A stretch of 61,791 nt of DNA, filler included, from Basidiobolus ranarum (lineage: Eukaryota): the NCBI GenBank assembly GCA_040143965.1. It is 20 parts of 20 records of this genome, joined end to end, with 100 filler letters (N's around TTAATTAATTAA, not from the genome) between each part and the next. Parts side by side here need not be neighbours in the genome. Positions count along the whole stretch, not along the records: positions 34,125 to 37,115 come from JASJQH010009681.1; positions 37,216 to 40,204 come from JASJQH010009682.1; positions 40,305 to 43,292 come from JASJQH010009683.1; positions 43,393 to 46,379 come from JASJQH010009684.1; positions 46,480 to 49,463 come from JASJQH010009685.1; positions 49,564 to 52,546 come from JASJQH010009686.1; 14 more parts are not named here. One strand, given 5' to 3'. Shown in pieces: positions 36,700 through 50,719 of this stretch (the stretch's first letter is position 1; every line of letters begins with the position of its first letter). The notes beneath the pieces are model-generated. The model made no database searches. It saw only the letters and a list, made by a program, of their open reading frames with translations, and was not told the DNA's origin. The position numbers and the translations under genes were made by a program.

Positions 36700-37115
36700 A
36701 GGTTAAGGAGACTCCAGAATATATTAACCTTCCAACAAAGATCTCTTTTCAATGTGCTCATGGGTTTTTGCATAGTTTGAGCACAATAATGGCAACAAAG
36801 CCCAATCCATGGACTCAGACTAAGAGCCTCTATAATTTGGACTAATTTGTTTGTGTGATAATTGGATGGTATTTCTAGGAAGGCTGCATGACAGACTTCT
36901 TGATGAGAAAGATTGAGATATGCAGTATTATTGTTACAGCCATGGGATAATCCATTCAAGCAATGACACATCTACTTGTGGCAGGACATTTGTTGACTGC
37001 AAGGTGGGGATATTTTGGCTGAATTCTTTACGGAAATTTGCCAAAATCCAAGAGCTTATTCTCATTGTGAATGGTAACAAGAGTCAGCTATTTGCCAAGT
37101 GTCAGTGCTATTCAA
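36700..37115 (-). repeat. Dispersed repeat or TE relic shared with 57480-57875
   Basis: Reverse-complement match (e.g. AAATGTCCTGCCACAAGTAGATGTGTCATTGC). Confidence 0.7.
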
Positions 37116-37215
37116 NNNNNNNNNNNNNNNNNNNNNNNNNNNNNNNNNNNNNNNNNNNNTTAATTAATTAANNNNNNNNNNNNNNNNNNNNNNNNNNNNN
37201 NNNNNNNNNNNNNNN

Positions 37216-37920
37216 CTTCTTACCATCGCTCTAGTATCTCGGGCTGTTGCAGATTGCACTGAAAGTGCTGTACAATGCTCTGGTGATATGATCCAAATAT
37301 GTAGCAACAGTGGCTGGGTGAACATTCAATGTGCCACTGGAACCGTGTGCCAATCTGCTGAGGATGGTACTTCTGTATGTGGATTCCCTGATTCTGGAGA
37401 AAGCGTAGACGATACTCAAGGTGATCAAAGTGATATTAATGATATTAGTGGTGTTCAGAATTTGAACAGCAATACAGCGATCGAAGATGATCAAACCGCT
37501 GACGAAGGTGGCAATGATGTTGATGATATTACTGATGCTGACAATGGTGAAGCTGATGATAGTGCTGACGATAGTACCGATGTTGACAATGGTGAAGCAG
37601 ATGATAGTACTGATGTTGACAATGGCGATGCTGACGATAGCACCGATGATAGTACGGATGTTGACAATGGCGATGCTGACAATGGTGGCGATGCTGATGA
37701 TAGCACCGATGGTAGTATAGATGTTGATGATGGTGATGACAGTACTGATGTTGACAATGGTGATGCCGGTGATAGTACTGGTGTTGACAATAGTCCCGAT
37801 GCTGATGGTCCTGACAGTGACAATGGAGCGGAAGATACTGACGATAGTGCTGATGATGGTTCTAATGATGGTGCCGATGATGTGGCTGACGATAGTGCCG
37901 ATGACAGTAGTGATAATTAA
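37216..37920 (+). CDS. Secreted CBM19-like + Asp-rich repeat protein (5' truncated)
   Basis: LLTIALVSRAVADCTESAVQCSGDMIQICSNSGWVNIQCATGTVC, then DDSTDVDNGDA repeats. Confidence 0.85.
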   Translation, partial: LLTIALVSRAVADCTESAVQCSGDMIQICSNSGWVNIQCATGTVCQSAEDGTSVCGFPDSGESVDDTQGDQSDINDISGVQNLNSNTAIEDDQTADEGGNDVDDITDADNGEADDSADDSTDVDNGEADDSTDVDNGDADDSTDDSTDVDNGDADNGGDADDSTDGSIDVDDGDDSTDVDNGDAGDSTGVDNSPDADGPDSDNGAEDTDDSADDGSNDGADDVADDSADDSSDN

Positions 37921-39724
37921 GGGAACATCCATGGCAGAATCTTATGTAACCACTTATCACAAGTATGTTCCAAAATTTGCCTGTAGTGATTTAGGATAAC
38001 TTTGGAGTTTGCATTGAACTATTTATTTGCAAGGTTCGCCTTCATTAAGCCAACGAAAGAAATGTTTTTTTTTAATGTCTGTCCCGTAGTGTATCAAATA
38101 TCATTTTTACCATCATCCATATTTATGACAAAACACTAAACTTTACTGTTGAACAAGAGAATTAGGCTTAGTATTAAATCTTGGTCAAGTTTTTCATTTA
38201 AAAATATTCTAATAGTATACTTTACTTAGTACCCTATGTTTGTAAAGTTGCTCCTAGCTCGTATCTTTACTACAATCATGACTCACAGTTTTATATCAAT
38301 AAAATTGTAATTATTTTCAGTATTCAACGCATTAGCTGTTTGGCATTTGAGGCTTGGATGTAAACTTTGATATAAGCATGGTCTATTCTTCGAGATATGG
38401 TTTTTGAATGAAACTCGTGTTGGGACACTTAACATTCGTCACTTCTGTATTAAATCCTCTCTAGAAGCTATTGAAACGTTTTAATGTTATGGTTAATTTT
38501 CAACATAGAGTCTGGCATGGAATTACAAGTTTCCATAGAAAATGTACTGTCCTTGTTTATATATGTGCACATTGGTTAAATTAAATACTATAATACTGAT
38601 GCTAACTAACAATATTATTCAATAGATTAGCAAATAAAAGTATGTGATATTAACTGCTGTGAAGTATCTTCATACAGGGGGATCAGAAATTACGAGACTT
38701 GGGGGAGAGCAACAAAATGCTCTAGCTTAACTATTGTAGGAGATTCGCTATACTTAAGTATACGAGATGTCAACTCCTCATAGTATCTTGAAAATAACTT
38801 AACACCAGACCGGAATAGTTGATCAATCCCTAGCCAACTGTGACTAAACTCATCCCTCCATTCTTATTACCGGTCTTCTCAACGGCAATAGATTCATCGC
38901 GGTTACGCCCAAACTGACAACCCACATGTGAAATATGAAAGCTGGTAAGAACATTAGGGTCCTTCGTATGTATACTTCTCGATTCTTCATCCACCACTTG
39001 AAACAAAGGTGCAAGCTACTTTTTTTGCCATACTTAAGAGAAATTCATTATTCTAATGGGCACTTGATAACCAGATGGTTTATCACTCTTTTGCTATTCT
39101 AATAATAGAGCTTTACTACATCCTGCGTCAACACATCTGAGGCAACTTATAGGCTACCTTACTTGCACTTAGATTCGAATGCTTGATTCAATCAATCTTG
39201 TTGCTACTTGAGTACAACCCTCTTGCTTTATTTAGTAATAATCCAATATGAGCCCAACTACCTTTATTAGTGATACATATTTGTTTCATGTTACCAAAAT
39301 CGGAGAGGTCCACCATATTAAGCTAGCGGCATAAAATTTGGAAATTTCTCATTTAATGAAGTGATCCTAACGCCCTACACGATGGGCTACTCTCAACTAT
39401 CTTTAGTATGGATTTCTATTTCATACCAAAAAAGGAATTAACAAGAACGGAGTTGATGGAGATATTAAATATGCGTTAGGAAGCATAAGATATCACTATA
39501 TATTACGTTCAGGCTTCTATTCTTACTTTGAATGCTCCTTGGCTGGATATAAATTTCTCATTTCATTTGAAAATTAATCCAGTTTATGAACCTGAGACCA
39601 AGAAATCACATTAAACTATATTCATCTTTCGTGAAAATAGTTTTCAAAGTTTCTCTATCTACTATAAAAGCTTGAACCTTCATACCATCTATAACAGTAT
39701 ACCTATATCTACAACAAACACACC

Positions 39725-40204
39725 ATGAAGTACCTTTGCAACATTAGTCTTCTTACCATCGCTTTAGTATCTCGGGCTGTTGCAGATTGCACTGAAAGTT
39801 CTTTACAATGCTCTGGTGATGCGATCCAAATATGTAGTAATGGTGACTGGGTAAACATTCAATGTGCCACTGGAACCGTGTGTCAAACTGCCGAGGATGG
39901 TACTTCTGTATGTGAATTCCCTGATTCTGGAGAAAGTGTAGACGATACTCAAGATGATGAAAGTGATAGTAGTGACATTAGTGGAGTTCAAAATTTGAAT
40001 AGTATTACAGCGAACGATGAAGATCAAACAACTGACGAAGGTGGCGATGATGTTGATGATAGCACTAATGCTGATGGTGCTGATGCCGATAATGGTGAAA
40101 CTGATGATGGTGCTGACGATAGTACGGATGCTGACAGTGGTGATACCAATGATAGTGCTGATGCCGGCGATAGTGCTGATACTGACAATGGAGCGAACGA
40201 TAGT
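39725..40204 (+). CDS. Tandem paralog: secreted CBM19-like + Asp-rich protein (3' truncated)
   Basis: Signal peptide and a near-identical Cys domain to 37216..37920; TATAAAA about 60 nt upstream. Confidence 0.85.
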
Positions 40205-40304
40205 NNNNNNNNNNNNNNNNNNNNNNNNNNNNNNNNNNNNNNNNNNNNTTAATTAATTAANNNNNNNNNNNNNNNNNNNNNNNNNNNNNNNNNNNNNNNN
40301 NNNN

Positions 40305-41513
<1,209 letters not shown>

Positions 41514-42417
41514 TGTTATACTATGTATATGTATATCTCTTTTGTTACGTAAATAGTTAAGCGAGGAGTGTTGCGTCAAATGAACGTCTTATCTACTAAA
41601 ATAAGTCAATATTCTCATTAACACAAACAATTTTACAAATCTTTTGAAAGAAACGACGTTTACACAGTCAAAAAGAAGCTTGTATTGTAATATTCTTTTG
41701 CAGAGTGAGGAGATCTTTACATGCAACTGCAAAGATTACAAGTGGTGAGTAGAAATTGCACCAGAGGCAAACGTTGACAAATATAAAGTGAAGACCCGGA
41801 GAACTTTCACTTGTTGTTTGAATTAATGATTATACGTGAGGAGCAAATGGGGGTCATTTTTCATCAGCACACCAACCAAATTGCTTCTATCCCCTTTTTC
41901 TTTACCATCCTTTTTTTCACCAAATGATTTGTTTGACCATTTCATAATACAGATCAGGTTCAGTTATGACACCATGAAATTTTAACCCTTTCTAGGTTTT
42001 GCTGACGCATTCAATAAGGAGTTAACCAATACTCTACCAACATTCTAATTCTGGTTTAATCAGATATTTAGCGTATGCATAGAATGACTAGCAGATATTC
42101 ACCATATATCAACAATAAACCCCCTAGACTTTTGCTTCACATACACAGCACGAATAACAAGCAGCGAATTGAGCGCATTCAACGTCCTATCATCACAGTC
42201 CGTTGCTAGGTAGGATTAGAAGTATGCTTCAGTGATGGGGAGAAAAATCATGCATAGACATAGATGGAAACAACTGAAGGTAGTATGTAGTGTTTAATCA
42301 TCGAATAAAGAGTTTGTTCAAGAGACATCAGTACAAGACTAGAATAGACATATAGTTAAAACTCTATTATTTGAATGCGACTATCATTTCGGTTGGGAAG
42401 TTTACACTCGGGCAAAG

Positions 42418-42606
42418 TTATTGTTGAGCATCCTTGGCGGCTCTGACGGCAGCTTGGGTACCCTTCTTGGCGAAACGTTGGTTACGAAGGAACTTGGGAT
42501 CGACACCTCTAAGAGAAGGATGACGTTGAGCCCTAGGCTTCTTGATACCGTTACGGTGGGCCTTACGGTTTTGGTTGTGGTTGGTGTGGTTCTTGGATTT
42601 GGCCAT
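42418..42606 (-). CDS. RPL29: 60S ribosomal protein eL29
   Basis: [24 protein letters not shown]...[13 protein letters not shown]; probable 5'-UTR intron about 42624-42789. Confidence 0.96.
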   Translation of the reverse strand: MAKSKNHTNHNQNRKAHRNGIKKPRAQRHPSLRGVDPKFLRNQRFAKKGTQAAVRAAKDAQQ

Positions 42607-43838
42607 TGTACTTCACAACTCTACTATAAAATGAAGTTGTAAGTTTTTGCACTACACCTCAGCTATATAATGACAAACGTGATGATATTCAAGACGCCAA
42701 CTACGATTGTTAGGCCGCTATTGATGGGGTGTAATCACATTCTGTAGATGGATGAATACGTATAATTGCCAGGATTTGATAGAGCTTACCTGTAACGGGG
42801 TCAATAGCGTAAAAGGAGTAATTCCCATACCATCGAGATGATTTTATTTTGGGTGATTCTGATCGTTAGGGATAGGGTTGAAAATTCTAACCTCTTTTTA
42901 GGAAGTATTCCGGGGGTGGGATCTAGGTATTTGGAACACCTACTGTGAAGTAACCTTATAAAGCTTAGTGAGCACGAAGCTGATTGAAACGAGCAATTGT
43001 GGAAATAGGTTTGGCCATCTTTGAGTTATAAGCTATGTATGATCAAATGAGTAAACCAGACAGTTCTTGCACTTGCAGCTTGGTTACTTGAATTGTCTAC
43101 CCTTTAGACATTCCAACAGCACTCGTTTTCTCATAGGCTTCAGAGCTCGGGTAACTGATGGCTCATCAGTAGGCCTGGCGAGACCGCAATGATTCTTTCT
43201 TTGAGAGCTGGATGTAGTACGACGATGATATCAGTACTGTCCAGGGCTTGTAGCTTCCATGGGTCTACTTCAGCTACATGTTGCTGGCGTTCNNNNNNNN
43301 NNNNNNNNNNNNNNNNNNNNNNNNNNNNNNNNNNNNTTAATTAATTAANNNNNNNNNNNNNNNNNNNNNNNNNNNNNNNNNNNNNNNNNNNNTACATAAT
43401 GTTCATTACTAAAACTCTCCCAACAGGCCAACAAGTCATCAGGGACTGCTTTCTTGTTCGTGACGGTTTTGCCGAAAAAGAAACCCCAAGGGCAAAAGTA
43501 AGTACCTCACGCGACTATACCACCTGTCATCTTTGTTCTGCTCATATCCATTTTATGCTATAAATTTTCTAAGCGCACGTAAGTTGAAAGGAGTGTTATT
43601 TCTATTCCTGTAATCTGTCTTCTCATACTATTTTTCAAGTTTAGATTTTTAAAGATAAAACGTCTCAACACCATCTTCTACTTGTCCTAAAAAAGTAGGC
43701 AGAGTGTCTAACTTTAATTCTCAGATCGTCTCGGATTGAGTTTCCAATTGTCTCTTTTTAGAGTAAAATACTGTGTTCTAAATGCTGAAGTAAAGAGGAT
43801 GTATGTGTATTGTTACAAAAGTGGGATGAATAGTAACG

Positions 43839-45761
43839 CTACGAGGAAAGCTTTTTCATCCGCAAATGTTGATGCAAATTGGGATAACTCTCTCGCAACT
43901 CTTGGGAGAATCTTTTTAGCCGGCCTGTATCTGATGACTTGAACAGGAATCTTGAAATAATTTCGACGGTTTTCTCGCTAGGCTCTAATTTGTACTGCTC
44001 ACACTCGGTCCAGAATACCTCGATGCTGTACGCAACATCCCCAAGATGACAGAGTGCTTCAATGTATGCACTGAGATTGTTTTCCGAGAACGGAAAGTCC
44101 CGCTCTTTCAATTTTGACCAGAATGCACGCAATTCGCTAGCACTGGAATGATATCCGTAAGAGTCGAGTGCTACTGACAGGGCTCCATTGAGTGTGTACA
44201 AAGGAAATGTCTCTACGGCCTCGGACCACAAGGTGACTACTTCGGGGTGTTTGTGCAAGTAACTATAGCAATTCATCAAGATGCCATAGGTGATGTGAGT
44301 CGGTTGGATTTTCTCTTTCCTCAAGACATCGTAATATTCCAATGATTTCTGAGGTCGATTGGTTTTGAGATAGCCATTCATAATTGTATTGTACGTGCTG
44401 CAATTCGGGGACATGTTACGCTTTTGCATCTCTCCAATCCATCCCACCGCTTGATCCAAGGATTTCGCCGAGTACCCTTCAATCAACGTATTAAAGGTGA
44501 TGATGTCAGGATGTGATGTTGAGATGATTTCCCGATAAACCCGATCTCCTTTCTCAAATTCACTGTGCATGAGATATCCCTTAAGCAAGGTGTTGTAAGT
44601 TATGATGTCGGGAACAATTCTATGCCGTTTCATTTCATCCCGAACAAGGTCAAGGTGCTTTTCGTTAAATCCATCCTCAAAAACGATTCCTTTGAGTAGA
44701 GTGTTGAATGTAATGAGGTTGGGCTTTAGTCCTGATCCTGTCATACTTGTATACATTGTCAGGATATCTTCTACTTTGCCGGATTTCGCCATGGCATTCA
44801 AGACTGTGTTAAGCATTACCGTATCAACAGTTATCCCGTCTCGTTTCATCGAGTCAAAGGTCTCCTTTACTTTCTCTGATTGAAGGGACTTTCCGTAGGT
44901 ATCAATTAGTATAGTGTAACATACACTATTGGCTTTTACTCCTAGCTTCGTAAAAGTGTCATGAATTTTAGAAACCAGCGCCGGATCTTTCTCATTACGA
45001 CAATTTTTTAAAAGAGTACTAAAAGTAAAGACGTCTGGTATAACTCCATTAGAAAGCAGATTCTCAAACTCCTTAAAAGCCAACTTCCCGGATTTCTTTC
45101 CTATCGCATCTAGATAAATATTGCTAACATAGGCATCTGTTACAAGTCCTAACGAAGATATCTCGTGAAATGTGGTTTGAACCTCTTCAAGTGTTCCATA
45201 TCTATAATAGTAAAGCAGTAAAGGTTGTAATTCCCGAGAGGACTTAAAATGAATGTCAAGTGACTTCATATTCATCACCAGTGATAGAGCCTTTTTTTTA
45301 GTCTCCAGTGAATGCTCACAATTCTTTATCAATAAACCTAATAGACGAGAGAGTTGTACGGTAGAGATATATTTTAACGAGTTCAAACTCAATATCTCCT
45401 CGAAAACTCTCCAAGCCGCTGAAACATTTCTCTCGTTTAAAGCATTCTCCATGGCTACTTTACAGTTGAAACGTAGAAGTTTCACTCCGGATATTTGGGA
45501 GTTTTTTGGTCTTTTTTTCACGAGGGTTTCCTCGACTTTCTTGACTGGGTCTCTACTCGCATTTACCTTGGTTGAGAGAGTACTCTGTTTTCGAATGGAG
45601 GTAATGAAATTTGAAGTGTATTTACGAGCATGTTGAAGATTTATATGACAAGGTGGTTGAAACCGAGGGATAATATTATATTGCAGTAAAGAAATACTAA
45701 CAGATATATTATAAGGTTTGATATTGTACGAAGGTATAGAAAAATAACGTTGCAATAACAT
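43839..45761 (-). CDS. Pentatricopeptide-repeat (PPR) protein, probably mitochondrial
   Basis: Tandem 35-aa motifs (PDVFTFSTLL, PNLITFNTLL, PDIITYNTLL, PDIITFNTLI, PNCSTYNTIM) and a basic, Ser-rich N-terminus. Confidence 0.9.
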   Translation of the reverse strand: MLLQRYFSIPSYNIKPYNISVSISLLQYNIIPRFQPPCHINLQHARKYTSNFITSIRKQSTLSTKVNASRDPVKKVEETLVKKRPKNSQISGVKLLRFNCKVAMENALNERNVSAAWRVFEEILSLNSLKYISTVQLSRLLGLLIKNCEHSLETKKKALSLVMNMKSLDIHFKSSRELQPLLLYYYRYGTLEEVQTTFHEISSLGLVTDAYVSNIYLDAIGKKSGKLAFKEFENLLSNGVIPDVFTFSTLLKNCRNEKDPALVSKIHDTFTKLGVKANSVCYTILIDTYGKSLQSEKVKETFDSMKRDGITVDTVMLNTVLNAMAKSGKVEDILTMYTSMTGSGLKPNLITFNTLLKGIVFEDGFNEKHLDLVRDEMKRHRIVPDIITYNTLLKGYLMHSEFEKGDRVYREIISTSHPDIITFNTLIEGYSAKSLDQAVGWIGEMQKRNMSPNCSTYNTIMNGYLKTNRPQKSLEYYDVLRKEKIQPTHITYGILMNCYSYLHKHPEVVTLWSEAVETFPLYTLNGALSVALDSYGYHSSASELRAFWSKLKERDFPFSENNLSAYIEALCHLGDVAYSIEVFWTECEQYKLEPSEKTVEIISRFLFKSSDTGRLKRFSQELRESYPNLHQHLRMKKLSS

Positions 45762-46479
45762 GCTATGGTATATTGTCAAGGAGAAACCATTATTTTCTCC
45801 TTGAAAAGGAAATCAATTTTGTATCGATATAAATTTTTCTGGAGAAAATGAAGCATCTTTTTTACTGGCTCTTCCACCTGGTATTATCCCAATTTTGAGG
45901 TAATCACTTATATATTGATTTAAATCACTGGGGTATCATACCATATCTTGTACAGAGTTAACAACGCTGGGCGTTTGCGTCAACCTTATTACTGATGACG
46001 TAAGGAACATCAGTATACGGTAACCCAATAAATATTGGTTTTGGTGGTGCAAGGCATGCATCCTTTTTACGCTAGATTATGCCATTTTTACATGGCCTTT
46101 TTATTACTATACTGAAAAATCCATATGCTACTTTTAAGGTAGGTCATTATGAATTCCATCTACGTTCATACAACTCCACTCAATTCAGTCACTCCAAGTC
46201 GTACTTGGGGTTAGGCAGATATTGATTGAGATTCAATAGTTACACATGCAAGTAATACCATATCCACTACAATGTAAGATGCGATCCAGATGTTGAGGTA
46301 CAGGTGTCAAACAAGAAGGTATTTGGAAGCCAATGATTTATTCTGATTACATACAATACATAGGACGAAAATAATGATANNNNNNNNNNNNNNNNNNNNN
46401 NNNNNNNNNNNNNNNNNNNNNNNTTAATTAATTAANNNNNNNNNNNNNNNNNNNNNNNNNNNNNNNNNNNNNNNNNNNN

Positions 46480-46784
46480 CAAGCACTGATTTACTTACTG
46501 TTGCTCGCTTGATGGCTACCAAGATGTTCGTCAATGAATTCGCAGCATTCGCAGAACTGGCCAGATTAACTACCGCAGGTGTACTTCAAGAAAGAACCGC
46601 ATCTTTGGGTATTTATTGTCTTTGTGGATTCGCCAATTTCGGTTCCATTGGTATTCAAATTGGGGCCTTGGGAGCCATGGCTCCTTCTCGCAAAAAGGAT
46701 TTGGCCGAGCTTGCATTTTCTGCCATGTTGTGCGGTACCATGTCTACTTTGATGAGTGCTACTATTGCTGGCATGTTACTCTGA
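46480..46784 (+). CDS. Concentrative nucleoside transporter (CNT/NupC), C-terminal end
   Basis: TKMFVNEF, LCGFANFGSIGIQIG, APSRKKDLA and GTMSTLMSATIAG. Confidence 0.9.
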
Positions 46785-48720
46785 TACCAGTTACCATCTT
46801 TCGGCTCTTTTTGATCTATTGGTACAAAAACTTGGCCACTTACATTTACATTTTATCGTGCCACCACACATCACTATTTGTACAGTTTAAAATTAATAAA
46901 CCTCACTAATTCCATATTTGATTACAAATCTCTTGGTCCCCATTCAGGTAACTCTTTATGAAATACACTTCGTTGGTGCCCTATGATTACATCAGTTACA
47001 TTTATAACTAAAGGCTTCATTGCACATGAACTGGTTTATACTCATTAGCATACATATTTACTTAATATGGTGCTTTATTAATTGAATGAATGAAGCTCCT
47101 CACCACGAATAATAAATCTCCTCTTTATAAACAAACAATACATCGAGGTGTAATCATTTTGAGCTCATCAAAGGATATCAGGGCAAACCTTCAGACAGCT
47201 TTATAACTGCATCTAGTTAATACGCTACGTTAGACCTAATCTGTCTTCTGTAAGCAATTATCATGAATCCTATACTTTAAGTTGTGATGTAGCAACTTCT
47301 TTAGTTTGAGTAGCAGTTACTTAAATTTAGAAGCAGCTATAGCTACTGTTTAGAGAAACCTTCTCTTACCTTTGGAACTCTTTAGAAGCCAATGTGGACA
47401 GAGTCTTTTTAGGATTCGCTAGCTTTCTGGAGAGAAAATGAGCTGCTCCGATCATAGTACATCAAGCTTCAATGAGTTTGAAAAAGAACCTAGCTATCAC
47501 CTGGGTTGAATGCAACTTACAAGCAACATTCCAAAGAAGTCTGGAGAGGTAAATGTTCTCAAAATGCCTCAACCTATGGACTGGTATCTCTGTACCAGTA
47601 TTGTGGCCGGTATTGACTTTTTCACTGGCGCTTGAGATATATTTATCATTAACTTTGTGGCACTTATAGTAGGATACCTAAGATCCTGTAGTTATCTACT
47701 TCCCTAGTCCAGTGAAGTTCAAGAGGTTTGATAATTTTTTCTTTTGAACAAAGTACTGATGATAATAGAAGCTATGTATGTATGGCGACTTTTTGTGTTG
47801 CTGAAAAGACTAAGAAGCTTATTTGTTTCCATCAGCATTTTGAATGAGTTGGAATAATTTAACTCATACTGCAGAGTTCCTGGCCAGAAGTAATCTATTT
47901 CTTTTGTTGGAGAATCGCAATCAAATAAGCGTGATGTACTGTCATTCTGAGAACAATAATTGAATAGTAATAATCATAATCCACTAATAGCCAAAGAGCT
48001 AGTTAACAAGGCAGCAGTCTCACTTAAAGTAGTTCACAAACCCTATAAGCAAATTAGACATCAGTGCACCAATGGCTACATATACTTCCCAGCAACGCGA
48101 CAGGTTATGACCATTAAGTGTGTTATTGTTCTCAATATACAAATGGATTAGCCAATTGCCTGGGAGTCATGATTTGCGCATTGTGACGGAAGTTGTCCAA
48201 TAATGGAGAGCTACCACACAAGTGACATAAGAGAACCATAAATATCATCAATAGGCTTGTTGAGGGCAATGATTAACACCAAGTGGTATGAACTTCATTT
48301 AGCTTAAATATTAATCTAAGCAAAGTGACATTGAGGACAATAATTTCCTAGCATATTCTGACAGGGTAGGATCATACCAATAATTAACATACTTTTCAAT
48401 ATATTCAAGCTCTGATGATGTGAAGATAGTATTCAGTGAGAAAGGTGGTAAACATAAGAGTAGGAAAGTAGATTACATCATATGAACCATGGGACAGAGC
48501 TGATACCAAGAGTGGACAAGAGTTTTGGAGTAAAGTTCTGTGAGGAAATTGCACAGTGCTTAAGATCGCATATTGGTAAAATTTCTTCATTATTGGTGGT
48601 GTCGGCCAAAGTGCGTATGCGGCTCAGCCAGTAGGACAAGCAGGGCTGAGATTGAGATGGGAAAGTCCGCGACGGTCTTCTTTTCTAGGACAGGGCTCCA
48701 TGAAACAGGAAGCCCGTAGT

Positions 48721-49250
48721 AAATCCACCGGAGAAAAGTTATCGGATAGCGTCATTCAAGATCAGATACTAGCTTTCGTGATCGCTGATCACGAGACTAC
48801 CTGAAACACACTTTCCTAGTGTTTGTATTTGATCGCGAGACACTCGGTGGCTCTAAAAAAGGTGCTCCAGGAGTAGTCAATGCAGGAATCAATGGTGACG
48901 AACCTGGTGCGCAAATCTCTCAGCTTGAGTACCTTGGCCAAACATTGAACGAAACTAGAATCTATCCTTCGGCCGTGGCAATCCTCAAGTATTGAATAAA
49001 GGACTGTGTTCCACTATCTTGAGCAAACCGAAATTCCATTTAATGGATGACAAGATACCCTACAATCGATCTAGTTGAAAATTTTACAGTATTGAAGTAA
49101 ACATGCAAATCACTCGATCAATAGCAGCAGTCATCAAAGGACCATGCACCATCAGAAATGCTCTCACTTTTTAGGCTCACCTTAGCAGTATCTTCTCGTC
49201 AGTTCCTTGGCGTTTGTGTCTCAGCTATTTCTGAAAAGTGCCCCGAATTA
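48721..49250 (+). pseudogene. Cytochrome P450 pseudogene (CYP102/CYP505-like I- and K-helix region)
   Basis: STGEKLSDSVIQDQILAFVIADHETT*NTLS*CLYLIARH..LKKVLQE, then a frameshift to QLEYLGQTLNETRIYP. Confidence 0.75.
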
Positions 49251-49563
49251 GAGAAGGCTTATTTGGAAAAAAGTATGTCAAACTGGAGAGGAGGGCAATC
49301 GGGTTTATGGGTGCTTTATAAAGAAACATCGAACATTGCTAGAGTTGATTCAGAACTATCCAATTATTAGGAAGCTCGATTTCATAGTATTTCTATGCGT
49401 GATGCCGGTGATGTCAAAGCGAAGTTACTCAGTTGCCAGCAGTCAATACAAAACACCAGCAAANNNNNNNNNNNNNNNNNNNNNNNNNNNNNNNNNNNNN
49501 NNNNNNNTTAATTAATTAANNNNNNNNNNNNNNNNNNNNNNNNNNNNNNNNNNNNNNNNNNNN

Positions 49564-50050
49564 GGTGTACTAGCAGGCTGGATTGAGCAGCATGATCTGA
49601 CCTGGTCCAATGGAACAAGTCTAATAATTGGTAGGTTACAAAATAGAGCATGAATTTGCATTGTCATTTACCCAAAATTTCAATTTGGCAGTACTAAATT
49701 GGTAACTTGGTACGAGCTGGCACAATAACTCCAAAAACATCATCTTGTCTAATTGTGGTACAATGGTGCCATATTGTTCTGTACAGTGTCTAATTTAGTG
49801 TTACAGCACCTGGCCATGGTAACTTACAGATCACACCAGATAGTGTGTTAGCAGGCTGGATCAAATGGCCCAATCTGACCTGGTCCCATGGAACAAGTCT
49901 AATATGCACCATCACACCACAATTGGACACATTAATTTTTTTGGAGATTTTGTGCCAGCTCATACCCAGTTACTCAATTTAGTATTCCAAAATAAGATTT
50001 TGAATGACTGACAATGCAAGTTCATCCCCTAGTATGTAACTTACCAACTA
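49564..50050. repeat. Interleaved direct (49566-49625 / 49845-49905) and inverted (49625-49737 / 49937-50050) repeats
   Basis: TAGCAGGCTGGA...TCTGACCTGGTCC.ATGGAACAAGTCTAAT occurs twice; GAGCTGGCACAA pairs with TTGTGCCAGCTC. Confidence 0.7.
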
Positions 50051-50719
50051 TCAAATGTCTATCAATAAGGAATTTAAACTTACCTAATCAAATGTATAAC
50101 AAAGCCATTCATATGTTTATAGATCAATCATTTGTCTTTCACTCACACAATATCCTGATCTTCAATTGGGCCCAATGGCCACTGCATTATGAAACACTGG
50201 TAATTTTGGCACCCCAGTGACTAATCACAGCACTTCATGATGGCTTTATCTGCAGTATGATAGTAATGATCTGGATTAATTGATTCATCATTTTTAGATT
50301 GGCAAATTATTCATGCAACCATGTAAGCTTCCAATTGGATGAGAATATTAACAGATTAAGCCATATTAGACTAATAGGGCTGCACAAGCTTTTTATTGAC
50401 TGACATTTTTGTTTAATTGTGGTTAATTGCTTGTATTAATAGGCAATCATTGAATCTTTGGCTATATGATGCTTTCACATAATTGGTGCTTTATAAAGAC
50501 ATAAGCAGTTGTGATCTAACTAACACAAGTTATGCTATATTTAACTGCAATCCATATCAATTACACATGATGCATTCAAAAGTAAAGATAGGATAATGTC
50601 AGTATTAACAAGAGTATTCAGCAGTTGCATAGGTTACAAGTTGTACATGCTGATTTGCTTTTGTTTTTTGTTGTCTTCTTGATATTTCCATCAAAGGAAC
50701 TTTGCTTGAATCTCTATGC

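Noticed and set aside
43080-43500. Short coding-looking stubs at contig edges (43080-43292 minus; 43393-43497 plus, ending at a GTAAGT donor)
   Set aside because: Too short to assign a frame or product confidently
47200-48600. Possible decayed membrane-protein gene on the minus strand
   Set aside because: Only short broken frames and no motif I can identify
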